A DNA stretch of 20,000 nt from an uncultured virus (IMG/VR IMGVR_UViG_3300042901_000675). Its lineage: Duplodnaviria; Heunggongvirae; Uroviricota; Caudoviricetes. Positions 9,601 to 17,662 of this stretch are shown here, in pieces. Made by a program: the position numbers and the translations under genes. The stretch lies in the IMG/VR virus record IMGVR_UViG_3300042901_000675, one strand, 5' to 3'. Position 1 is the first letter of the stretch, and every line of letters begins with the position of its first letter. Below the pieces are notes generated by a model that worked only from the letters and a program-made list of their open reading frames with translations, did no database searches and was not told where the DNA came from.

Positions 9601-11053
9601 CCACTTTGATGTTACATCTGATGGAAAAAGTCCATTTACACACGATGGTTTGCCAATAGTTGCTGATACCAGTTTTCCTTATTATAGTTCTACTGCAATC
9701 GGATTTTATACTGATATGAGTATGGGTAGACCAAAGTATTATACAGTTAGAAATAATACTATTATTAATAATGTTCCTGCATCTATTGGAGTATATAGAG
9801 GAGGTGTTATATCTGTAGCTGAGAATGATGGTACCCAAGCTTCTGGACTCCCTGCACTAGCAATAGAACCATTATTTGTAAATGCAGATGGAAATTCTAT
9901 TATTGGAAAAGGAGAATCTCAAAGATTAGCAATGTTATGTACCCGAGGGCTACAAACTGACGGTGCTACGTCTTATGCTCCCCCATCTCAAACTGCATTA
10001 TATGCAACAATAACAAATAATTATGTTGCCAAAATATCAGCACCCTTTACAGGCGGATTAACTTTAACACCAATATATGGAAGTATTGTATCTACAGGTG
10101 GTGTATTCTTAAGTAGCACTTCTGATTATGTATCTGGTACAGCTTATAATAAAATATTTCTCAGTAACAATAGTCATGGTTCATCATATTTTGTTCCACT
10201 GATGGATAGACAATCCCAAAGTAGTTATCAAAATTATGCATTAGATTTAGTGTCTATAAACAATAGAAAAGTTAATGATATTGCTAAAGGTCTTACAGGA
10301 GAATTAAATCAATTTGGAACAATTGGTGTCTGTGCGGCAAACATAACTACTAACAATCTTACCGCAACAAATATAACAGTAGGATCAGGTGGAATATCTG
10401 GTATTAATCTTGTTAATAGTGTTAGAGGTATAACAGGTAATGTTGGATTTACTGGTTCTTCCGGATTAGCAATTAGTAGTACAGGAAATACTCTTACATT
10501 TACAAATAGTGGTGTATTGAGTATCAATTCTGCTACTGGTGCAATTACAAATGTTGCTAAATTAGATGTTGCTCAAAATTTTACTGCAACACAGAATTTT
10601 ACCACCGGCTTCACAATTGTACCAACAGGTCCAGCTACGTTTGGTGGTTTAACTGCAGATTTTAATAAAAATACAATATATCAACCAACATTGCAGTGGT
10701 ATAATGAACCATATGCAGCAGTATCAATTGATAGTGGTACACTTACTTTAGATTTATCCAAAGCTCAAGTATTTACGGTGACATTAACTTCCAGTATTAC
10801 AAATTTTGTAGTAACAAATGTTCCGACAACAGTAGCTAACCGTACTATTGGATTTACTTTAATACTGCAGATGAATACACCAACTTCTACAATTACATGG
10901 GGATCCAAAGTAAGATGGGCTGGTGGAGTTGCTCCTACACTAACTTCAGGTTCTGCTGGAGTACAAAAAGTTGATGTATTCTCATTTGTAACAGTAGATA
11001 ATGGAGTTTCTTGGCTGGGCTTTATTGGTGGACAAAATTTTGCTTCAGTCTAA
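6653..11053 (+). CDS. Large tail fibre/spike protein: Gly-X-Thr collagen segments, pectin-lyase-like beta-helix, C-terminal fibre beta-domain
   Basis: GXY runs at about 7880-8232 and 8471-8646. [33 protein letters not shown]...IYFPYGRY is the typical pectate_lyase_3/tailspike entry motif, followed by Asn-rich beta-helix rungs. VxSxNGxTG fibre repeats. C-terminal LTLDLS...ITW...VRWAGG.AP...VDVFSF. Confidence 0.85.
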   Translation: MASPSKTVQVTVYPTPYAVEGVPGVPGSTGPAGPQGNTGQGFFLLNFTGSITVNYGTSSTLNVNLASNANAISVGHTIKISFTDIGNYIYGTVTAYSGNQITFIQVSGTAVNGNTSNVGTIIYDTIPADDGIATQMALTTTNTEDVQYLVFAGGCGNQALKIDGGLSPLRYTPNPSQLSLNSVLVGSGSFEVELSGAELSATSFFYFRAQDGIFFQDRSLVQLGDVESNNYGTVLEVLGSTSSNMVKIRNQNPLSPDTNLVINRNSVLARTHAIEVNKSDGKILKLIYNDVTDGAITNATLDLSSSGNMILTPSGGLVYINGNIGVSGSYQGTVVQSINGITGTIDFLAGQNVTLGISGNSVTIASSGGITSGVSSLNGLSGGINLVAGLNVGITLSGNNIEISSIGGVGSTGPTGPQGNTGATGPQGNTGATGAGSTAPGPTGPQGNTGNQGNTGATGATSTVPGPTGPQGNTGNQGNTGATGRTGNTGATGADSTVPGPRGNTGSTGSTGATGNAGPTGSTGLAGDIYKSTGTAGITLASIGAGVTLTVPSGLAYSKVQTVLVAAGASQYFIATVNSYSGVTLSLVVNSVTGTAYSNSWDVNLNGAVGQKGDQGIQGPTGLQGTTGNTGSTGNTGNTGATGIQGTTGNTGATGIQGNTGATGNVTLSGLCFTQSGSGAVARTIDSKLKDVFSVKDFGAVGDGITDDRAAIQTALGAMFGLSGISSGTIYFPYGRYKINAALGYEPVNKDIKLLGDNATIQWGSATGAGMLTLNGNTNYIHIEGIIFDANNTNSRIFQSYSAAQSAARIFINNCQFLNTFATTETPASLGCYIEGGFESVTLTNSLFKNILRSSAGITGGGCQAFVVTNRGAETQYAEWVNVTNNVFENILTGTSGGNVERNSDADGVVLFGGRTYGANTIPASSIVANNKFTNCQGRSIKIQGDESTITGNQIYCNVRSIARGSPHINPQIAVGNVSNNTFHFDVTSDGKSPFTHDGLPIVADTSFPYYSSTAIGFYTDMSMGRPKYYTVRNNTIINNVPASIGVYRGGVISVAENDGTQASGLPALAIEPLFVNADGNSIIGKGESQRLAMLCTRGLQTDGATSYAPPSQTALYATITNNYVAKISAPFTGGLTLTPIYGSIVSTGGVFLSSTSDYVSGTAYNKIFLSNNSHGSSYFVPLMDRQSQSSYQNYALDLVSINNRKVNDIAKGLTGELNQFGTIGVCAANITTNNLTATNITVGSGGISGINLVNSVRGITGNVGFTGSSGLAISSTGNTLTFTNSGVLSINSATGAITNVAKLDVAQNFTATQNFTTGFTIVPTGPATFGGLTADFNKNTIYQPTLQWYNEPYAAVSIDSGTLTLDLSKAQVFTVTLTSSITNFVVTNVPTTVANRTIGFTLILQMNTPTSTITWGSKVRWAGGVAPTLTSGSAGVQKVDVFSFVTVDNGVSWLGFIGGQNFASV
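7880..8232 (+). repeat. Collagen-coding 9n-nt repeats ([12 protein letters not shown] triplets)
   Basis: Includes a near-perfect tandem 27-mer GGTCCACAAGGAAATACTGGTGCYACT at 7898-7951 and three GAxST(A/V)PGP blocks. Confidence 0.9.
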
Positions 11054-11074
11054 ATTTAAATAACATGCACTTGA

Positions 11075-11082
11075 TATAAATA
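11075..11082 (+). promoter_or_regulatory. T4-type late promoter, TATAAATA
   Basis: Exact T4 late consensus, intergenic, 9 nt before ATG 11092. Confidence 0.75.
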
Positions 11083-11091
11083 TATTACCAC

Positions 11092-14000
11092 ATGGAAGAC
11101 ATTATTAATGTAATAGTTTACGGAACTCCTTATGGAGTACCCGGAGCCACCGGACCACAAGGACCTGTTGGACCGGGTAGTACCTTAACTGGACCTCCCG
11201 GACCCACTGGTCCACAGGGTATACAGGGTATTCAAGGTAATGCTGGAGCAAAAGGAAATCCAGGTGAGCAAGGAGATCCTGGTTCACAGGGGCTTCAAGG
11301 AAATACTGGTGCTACTGGTGCCACTGGTAATCGGGGAAATACTGGTGCTACTGGTAATACTGGTGCTACCGGGAACCGAGGAAGTACTGGTACTACTGGT
11401 GCAGGATATCTATCATACAGTGGGACAGAAGTATTTATAGGTGATTTTTCTGTTGGTGATCCTATTATTTTTACCATAACGGCAGTACCTTTGCCAGCAT
11501 ATTCTATTGGTCAAACTTTAATTATAACTGATAATCTTGACCCCACCAACAATTATCTTATTGGAACTATTACCAATTGGGTTCCGGGAACTAGCATTGT
11601 TACTTTAACTCTGACAGAAGTTGTTGGATCTGGAACAGTTATAGATTGGACTCTAAATCTTTTTGGTCAACAGGGTATTCAAGGTAATACTGGTAATGCT
11701 GGTGCAACTGGACTTAGAGGACCTACTGGTAATACAGGAACAGCAGGAGATCTGTTTAGTACTACGTCCGGTACATCAATTTACCTTTCAGATAAATTAC
11801 CAGGGTCTGTTGTATTTTTATCAGTTCCAACGGGGCTAGCATATACTCCCGCACAAACTGTATTAGCGGCTGTAAGTATTACACAATATTTTAATGCACA
11901 AGTTGTAAGTTATTCCCCACCAGGAATAACATTGAGTATGACTGGTATATGTGGAGGTGCAACCGGATCAAATTGGAAAGTAAATCTTGACGGCGCACCT
12001 GGTCAACAAGGTGATCAAGGAATTCAAGGAATTCAAGGTCCTACTGGATCGCAGGGAAATACGGGAAACACCGGTGCCACTGGTGCTACTGGAAATCAAG
12101 GAAACACCGGTGCTACTGGTGCTAATTCAACTGTTCCCGGTCCAACTGGTCCTCAAGGAAATACTGGTAATAATGGAACAAATGGTAATACTGGTAATAC
12201 TGGTGCTACTGGCAGTCAGGGAAATACTGGTGCTACTGGTTCACCAGGAAATACTGGTGCTACTGGTGCAGATGGTATCAGTGGTCCGTATGTTATTACT
12301 TTTAATGGACTCACAGGGGCTGTAACTGGAGTAACTACCGGAATTGCAAACAACTTTCTTGCACTGCAATCATTTAGTTCCGGTATTAGTGCAGCCGGAG
12401 GTACACTATCAGGAATATTTAATATTCCTATTCCTGGTATTACTTTTACTAGTAGAAGTATTACTGGTACGATAGCTTCTTTAAATATTAATGCTGGTAA
12501 TAATATTAATATACATTCTGGAGCAGCTCAAGCAAAACATACAATAAAACCAACTTTACTAATTCAAAATGATGGTCAAAATATTCATGGCAATGTTCCA
12601 TTAGATGTACGTGGTACAACTTCACAAAATTCAAATTTAACAAATTGGACCACCGTTTCTGGTACAGTTTTATCTTCTATTGGTATATCTGGTGGATTTA
12701 GTGGACCTGCATCATCATTTAGTGGGCTGCTTACAGCAAATGCTGGTATAAGTTCTTCTGGTGCAACCTTTAGCGGATTAATTACAGCAAATTCTGGTAT
12801 AAATTCTTCTGGTGCAACATTCTCTGGAAATATAAGTGCACCAAATATTATTAATTATATTAATGGTCTCACGGGTGCAGTAACTTTAGCTGCTGGAAAT
12901 AATATGGGAATTACTTTATCAGGTAATTCTATAATATTCTCATCTACTGGAGCATGTGGCTCATGTGGTCCAATTATTCTTGATGATATTGTTTATATTA
13001 CGGGTGTGTGTAATGCAAGTGGAATTTTTATCAATACAACTAATGATACATTAACTCTTTATGGTAGTAACATTACAAAAGTTGGATCTGGTGTAAGTAA
13101 AACAGTACCCGGAATAGAGATAACAAATCAAACTAATTCTATCAATGTGTATGCTTCTAATATATCTTTTGATGGATCTGTAAATGATATTGAAGGAAAC
13201 CTTGTAAACCGATTCAATGGTCTTACCGGTAATGTAGTAGGTGTTGGATCAGTTAATCAAGGATCTGGAATCCTGTTATCAGGTTCTACTGGTAATGTAA
13301 CTATTACGAATACTGGTGTTCGTCAAATAATTGGAACATCATCACAAATTAATGTAAGTCCACTTGGAGGAACAGGAAATTTAACATTAAGTTTGTCATC
13401 TAATCTTACTGATATTAATAGTATTACATCAACAGATACTACTAAAAGTATAGGTTTATCACACGTTGGTAGTTTTGTTACCTCAAATGTTAATTTAAAA
13501 GATGCTGTCTTAAGTATTGGTGGTGCTAGTCAAGGTGTTAGTACAATTGCATATGGAACTCTCACAGTTACTGGTGGTAATAATCTTAATGTAAGTGGAA
13601 CTTATCTTGGTACTGTTGTAAGAAGTTTTAATGGAAAAACTGGAGCACTTCAAGGTGTATGCACGGCTGTTGCTGGAACCGCTATTTCAGTATCAGGTGC
13701 AACAGGTAATGTTACTATTACAAATCAAGGTGTTCATGGTTTATTTACAACTGGTTTTGGTGGACTGACAGGGGATATTACTTTACTTGCCGGTTCAAAT
13801 ATTACAATCGGTTCATGTGTTGCAGCAAACACTATTACAATTAGTGGTAGTAGTAGTGGAAGTAGTGGTGTTACAGATGGTTCTGCAATAATTTCTAGAT
13901 TATATCCAAATCTTCCAGCAAACGGATTGTGTGCTGGTGATATAATTTCATACAATGGATCTGATAGATGGATTCCAACACCACGCACATTCTTGTCTAC

Positions 14001-14541
14001 ACCTAGTATATGGCAGACAAGAAAAACATCCTCTAATGGATACCCGTCTTCAAGTGTTGTTATACCTGGAAACGGTACATTACAGATTCAAGGTGCAACT
14101 GCAGTTGTTGGGGAATTAATTCAATTAAGTTTAAGTGGTGATGATGTTGGAGGTACTACTCTAGGTGTTGGTACTTGGTGGTTAAATTATTCTCTGTATG
14201 GAAGTCTAGCCTCTCTAGATCCTGGTCTGTTTAAAGGATCCTATAGTGGCTTGACTATATTAAATTCACCGGCATTTTATAGTGCAATAAGTTTAGGTGG
14301 TGTAGATCGTGATGTTGCTGGTTTCGCAATGTTAATACGTGGAACTACATATAATGCCTATGATGGTCGTGGTGGTCCATTTGGTAGTACATTATGTAGT
14401 ACAGATCCAAATCAAATGCCTCTAGGAGATGGTAGTGTATGTGATGGTGAAGGTGTAGATTTATATCCAATTACTTGTAGTATACGCACTGGTGGAGGAT
14501 TTACATATAATGGTGTTTACTTTGAGTGTATTCCAGTCTAA
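11092..14541 (+). CDS. Collagen-like tail fibre protein, paralogous in its N-terminal part to ORF 6653
   Basis: Three GXY runs (about 11134-11403, 11664-11748, 11992-12285) separated by beta-domains, multiple V..FNG.TG repeats, Gly/Ser/Thr-rich, with a Cys-containing C-terminus. Confidence 0.82.
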   Translation: MEDIINVIVYGTPYGVPGATGPQGPVGPGSTLTGPPGPTGPQGIQGIQGNAGAKGNPGEQGDPGSQGLQGNTGATGATGNRGNTGATGNTGATGNRGSTGTTGAGYLSYSGTEVFIGDFSVGDPIIFTITAVPLPAYSIGQTLIITDNLDPTNNYLIGTITNWVPGTSIVTLTLTEVVGSGTVIDWTLNLFGQQGIQGNTGNAGATGLRGPTGNTGTAGDLFSTTSGTSIYLSDKLPGSVVFLSVPTGLAYTPAQTVLAAVSITQYFNAQVVSYSPPGITLSMTGICGGATGSNWKVNLDGAPGQQGDQGIQGIQGPTGSQGNTGNTGATGATGNQGNTGATGANSTVPGPTGPQGNTGNNGTNGNTGNTGATGSQGNTGATGSPGNTGATGADGISGPYVITFNGLTGAVTGVTTGIANNFLALQSFSSGISAAGGTLSGIFNIPIPGITFTSRSITGTIASLNINAGNNINIHSGAAQAKHTIKPTLLIQNDGQNIHGNVPLDVRGTTSQNSNLTNWTTVSGTVLSSIGISGGFSGPASSFSGLLTANAGISSSGATFSGLITANSGINSSGATFSGNISAPNIINYINGLTGAVTLAAGNNMGITLSGNSIIFSSTGACGSCGPIILDDIVYITGVCNASGIFINTTNDTLTLYGSNITKVGSGVSKTVPGIEITNQTNSINVYASNISFDGSVNDIEGNLVNRFNGLTGNVVGVGSVNQGSGILLSGSTGNVTITNTGVRQIIGTSSQINVSPLGGTGNLTLSLSSNLTDINSITSTDTTKSIGLSHVGSFVTSNVNLKDAVLSIGGASQGVSTIAYGTLTVTGGNNLNVSGTYLGTVVRSFNGKTGALQGVCTAVAGTAISVSGATGNVTITNQGVHGLFTTGFGGLTGDITLLAGSNITIGSCVAANTITISGSSSGSSGVTDGSAIISRLYPNLPANGLCAGDIISYNGSDRWIPTPRTFLSTPSIWQTRKTSSNGYPSSSVVIPGNGTLQIQGATAVVGELIQLSLSGDDVGGTTLGVGTWWLNYSLYGSLASLDPGLFKGSYSGLTILNSPAFYSAISLGGVDRDVAGFAMLIRGTTYNAYDGRGGPFGSTLCSTDPNQMPLGDGSVCDGEGVDLYPITCSIRTGGGFTYNGVYFECIPV

Positions 14542-14553
14542 TGAAATCGGACC

Positions 14554-14560
14554 CTAAATA
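14554..14560 (+). promoter_or_regulatory. Putative late promoter, CTAAATA
   Basis: Intergenic copy of the motif, 6 nt before ATG 14567. Confidence 0.6.
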
Positions 14561-14566
14561 ATATAA

Positions 14567-16420
14567 ATGTTCTTCGGAAAGAACAAAACATCTTTAAAAC
14601 TGGCAAAACAGCACTCAGAACTGCTGCAAGGCTGTGAATACCACATTGTCGAATATCTGACAAATCCAAAAGTTATAAGAGTTGGTTCTGGTATATCACA
14701 GTTATATCTAAGAAATTCTGATGGTGAAGAATATTTAATCGAAGGTAATTCTTCTAAAATTAAAGAATTATTCATTCCAGTACAAACCTTTGAAGGACTT
14801 CAAGGAACTTCTTTCAAGGTTAAAAGACCTATTGGTTCGTTATTACAAAATCAAGTACTGAAAGAAATTTCTTCTTGTCCGTATGATGAAAAAATGCAAC
14901 TTGGTCATGGTATCAGTGAGCATTATTTTATTCAAAAAGATACAAACAAAGTTATTAAATTTTATGGTAATTCTCATCAGATTAAAAATCTGTTTGAAGA
15001 AATTATTGTACCAGTAAAATCACCAGAAGTAAAGCCAGTTGCACCAAAGACCAAAATTGAAATTATAGAAAGAACTATAATTAAAGAATCTACACCTGTT
15101 ATGGGTGTTCAAGGATTCAAAGGTGATGAGGGTATTCAAGGTAAGCAAGGAATTCAAGGTCTTCGTGGAGATCGTGGTATTCAAGGAGAAGTTGGTCCAC
15201 AAGGTGAAATCGGTCCTCAAGGAGAAGTTGGTCCGCAAGGTCCAAAAGGTGATAATGGAGATATGGGTGCACGAGGAGCACAGGGACTACAAGGCAAGCA
15301 AGGAATTCAAGGAGACAAGGGTGATAAAGGCGATCAAGGCGATCAAGGATTGGTTGGTCCACAAGGTATTCCGGGCACACAAGGTGAGCAAGGTGGAATT
15401 GGTCCTGAAGGTCCGGTTGGACCTCAAGGCTCCATTGGTCTGCAAGGTCTTCGTGGTGAAAAGGGAGAAAAAGGTGATCGAGGACCTGTGGGCATTCCGG
15501 GTTCTAATGGTGCAAAGGGCGAACGAGGCGAAGATGGGATCGTAGGTCCTCAAGGTCCTGCGGGAGAATCTCCAGTACTTGAAGCAGAATTTCCTCTTGT
15601 ATTAGATAATGGAGTATTGTCATTTCATTCAGAACACGTTACAAATGTTCTGAATACATTTAAAAATGATGATATTCAAAAAGCAATAGATCGTATTGGT
15701 GCGATGACAACACCTGCTGGTGGCGGTGGTGTTGATATAAGTTTGAATGGTGATAAAATTATTCGTAATCCCAATACGATTAATTTTATTGGTGATAATA
15801 TTACAATCACCAGAAGAAGAAAAAATGTAGATATTAGTATTGCTGGTGGTTGTGGTGGAAGTAGTACGAGTGGGGTGTCATCAATTATTGCTGGAACTGG
15901 AATTTCAATAAGTCCTAGTGGTGGTACTGGTAATGTAACTATAAATTCAATTGTATCTGGTGTTACATATTATTACCAATCTTCAGCCCCCACAGATCCT
16001 GGTATTACTATGGGATATCGTTGGATGTCTTCCGATACTGGTATTGAATATGTGTATGTTAATGATGGCAATAGTCCACAGTGGGTTCAGCCAACTAATA
16101 CAAGCAGCAATTCTACTCCAGTTTCAATTTTAGGAACAGTTGGTGTCACGGGAGCAACTTATACAGCATCTGTGGTTGATTATTATATTGGTGTTAGTTA
16201 TGCAGGACCAGTTACAGTAACACTTCCAGTTGCTCCAGAAACTGGAAGAGAAATTGTTGTTAAAGATGAATCTGGTAATGCGGGTAATGGAGTCAATCGT
16301 CAGATTACGATTGTCGGAGCCACTGCAGCACATACGATAGATAATCAAAGTTCAGCAATAATAAATTTAGATAATGCCGGGTTGCATTTCATTTATAGAA
16401 ATGGATGGAGAATAATATGA
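14567..16420 (+). CDS. Collagen triple-helix protein (charged GXY type) with duplicated N-terminal domain and fibre-like C-terminal domain
   Basis: About 51 uninterrupted GXY triplets (15104-15566: GIQ, GPQ, GEK, GDR). C-terminal YYIGV....VTVTLP..P..GREIVVKDESG...ITI...ID recalls T4 gp34-type fibre modules. Confidence 0.8.
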   Translation: MFFGKNKTSLKLAKQHSELLQGCEYHIVEYLTNPKVIRVGSGISQLYLRNSDGEEYLIEGNSSKIKELFIPVQTFEGLQGTSFKVKRPIGSLLQNQVLKEISSCPYDEKMQLGHGISEHYFIQKDTNKVIKFYGNSHQIKNLFEEIIVPVKSPEVKPVAPKTKIEIIERTIIKESTPVMGVQGFKGDEGIQGKQGIQGLRGDRGIQGEVGPQGEIGPQGEVGPQGPKGDNGDMGARGAQGLQGKQGIQGDKGDKGDQGDQGLVGPQGIPGTQGEQGGIGPEGPVGPQGSIGLQGLRGEKGEKGDRGPVGIPGSNGAKGERGEDGIVGPQGPAGESPVLEAEFPLVLDNGVLSFHSEHVTNVLNTFKNDDIQKAIDRIGAMTTPAGGGGVDISLNGDKIIRNPNTINFIGDNITITRRRKNVDISIAGGCGGSSTSGVSSIIAGTGISISPSGGTGNVTINSIVSGVTYYYQSSAPTDPGITMGYRWMSSDTGIEYVYVNDGNSPQWVQPTNTSSNSTPVSILGTVGVTGATYTASVVDYYIGVSYAGPVTVTLPVAPETGREIVVKDESGNAGNGVNRQITIVGATAAHTIDNQSSAIINLDNAGLHFIYRNGWRII

Positions 16421-17652
16421 GTTACTTATTTAATGATACTGTTGGGTTCAAAGCAGATGCAGTGGATGCATTTAATCGTCTTAAAGTTGCTAACCCATTC
16501 ACAATCTTTGACAGTCAAAATAGATATCAACCCAATGACAAATGGGATTCCTTTGGTGTCACAGGTGGTACATATTCTTATGCAATTACTGAAAGCGCAC
16601 TAAACTTAATTGTTGGAACTACATTGGGTTCAAAATCTTCAAGAGAGACTAAAAGAGTATTTCCATACCAGCCTGGTAAATCTCTTTTGGTTCTAAACAC
16701 ATTTGCATTTAATCAACCAAAAGAAGGACTAAGACAAAGAATTGGATACTTCGGGCTTACTGGTGGTGCAACTTCTGGTGTTCCATATAATGGTGTATAT
16801 CTTCAACAAAGTGGTCTGACATTAAGTATCGTAATGTCATCAGCATCATTAAATACCACAACTACAGTAAATCAAGCAGACTGGAACGGAGATAAGTTTA
16901 ATGGAACTGGTGCTTCTGGACGTAACTTAGATGTTTCAAAAGCAAATATTTTATGGATGGATTTTGAATGGCTTGGTGTAGGTGATGTTCGTACAGGTTT
17001 CTTTGTTGATGGTAAACCTGTAATAGCACACACATTCCATAACGATAATATAAACACAACGACTTATATGACCACAGCATGTCTTCCAATTCGTTATGAA
17101 CTTGAGAATTTAACAGGTCAAACAGGAAGCAGTCAAGTAAAACAAATTTGTTCTTCTGTTATTTCAGATGGTGGATATGAAGGTTTTAGCAGACGGCATA
17201 ACGTAACTCATAGTGGGTATTTAGCACATACATTGACTACTCCAGGAGTATTGTATCCATTAATTTCTTTGAGACTTAATTCTAGTAGACTCGATTCTAT
17301 TATTATTCCATCAAATGTTTCTGCAGCATTAGAAGAAACTGGAGCAAATAAACCAAACACGGTGCAATATAGAATTATACTAAATCCTACATTAACAGGA
17401 AATACTTGGACAACACATTATAGTGGAAATGTTGATTATAATATTACTGCTACAGGAGTTACTGGTGGAACTGATATTGTTGGTGGGTACATTACCAGTG
17501 ATGGAGCATTTACTATTGGTGAGGTAAATAGTTTTAATTTTCAATTAGGTAGAACTCAAGCAGGAGTCAGTGATGTTATCTGTCTAGTTTTTATTCCCAT
17601 TAATGCCAATTCCAATGTTTTCTCAGATTTTTCATGGTATGAAATCATCTAA
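16417..17652 (+). CDS. Phage hypothetical protein, beta-rich, probably virion-associated
   Basis: Long ORF with DAFNRLKVANPFTIFDS, YQPGKS and WMDFEWLGVG motifs. ATG 16417 overlaps the upstream TGA (ATGA) and has GGAG 6 nt upstream, so it is preferred over 16405. Confidence 0.7.
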   Translation: MSYLFNDTVGFKADAVDAFNRLKVANPFTIFDSQNRYQPNDKWDSFGVTGGTYSYAITESALNLIVGTTLGSKSSRETKRVFPYQPGKSLLVLNTFAFNQPKEGLRQRIGYFGLTGGATSGVPYNGVYLQQSGLTLSIVMSSASLNTTTTVNQADWNGDKFNGTGASGRNLDVSKANILWMDFEWLGVGDVRTGFFVDGKPVIAHTFHNDNINTTTYMTTACLPIRYELENLTGQTGSSQVKQICSSVISDGGYEGFSRRHNVTHSGYLAHTLTTPGVLYPLISLRLNSSRLDSIIIPSNVSAALEETGANKPNTVQYRIILNPTLTGNTWTTHYSGNVDYNITATGVTGGTDIVGGYITSDGAFTIGEVNSFNFQLGRTQAGVSDVICLVFIPINANSNVFSDFSWYEII

Positions 17653-17655
17653 ATA
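17649..17655 (+). promoter_or_regulatory. Putative late promoter, CTAAATA
   Basis: Contains the upstream TAA stop and lies 7 nt before ATG 17663. Confidence 0.6.
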
Positions 17656-17662
17656 TTAACAC

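Noticed and set aside
12709..12840. 17-aa tandem repeat (FSGLLTANAGISSSGAT / FSGLITANSGINSSGAT)
   Set aside because: Real, but an ordinary local duplication of a fibre shaft repeat.
7854..15553. Alternative-frame and antisense ORFs over collagen regions (e.g. 7854-8228, 11987-12325, 15105-15545, 15117-15380)
   Set aside because: They are shadows of the GGN-NNN-NNN periodicity, giving L/V/E-rich or P/V-rich low-complexity translations with no independent support.
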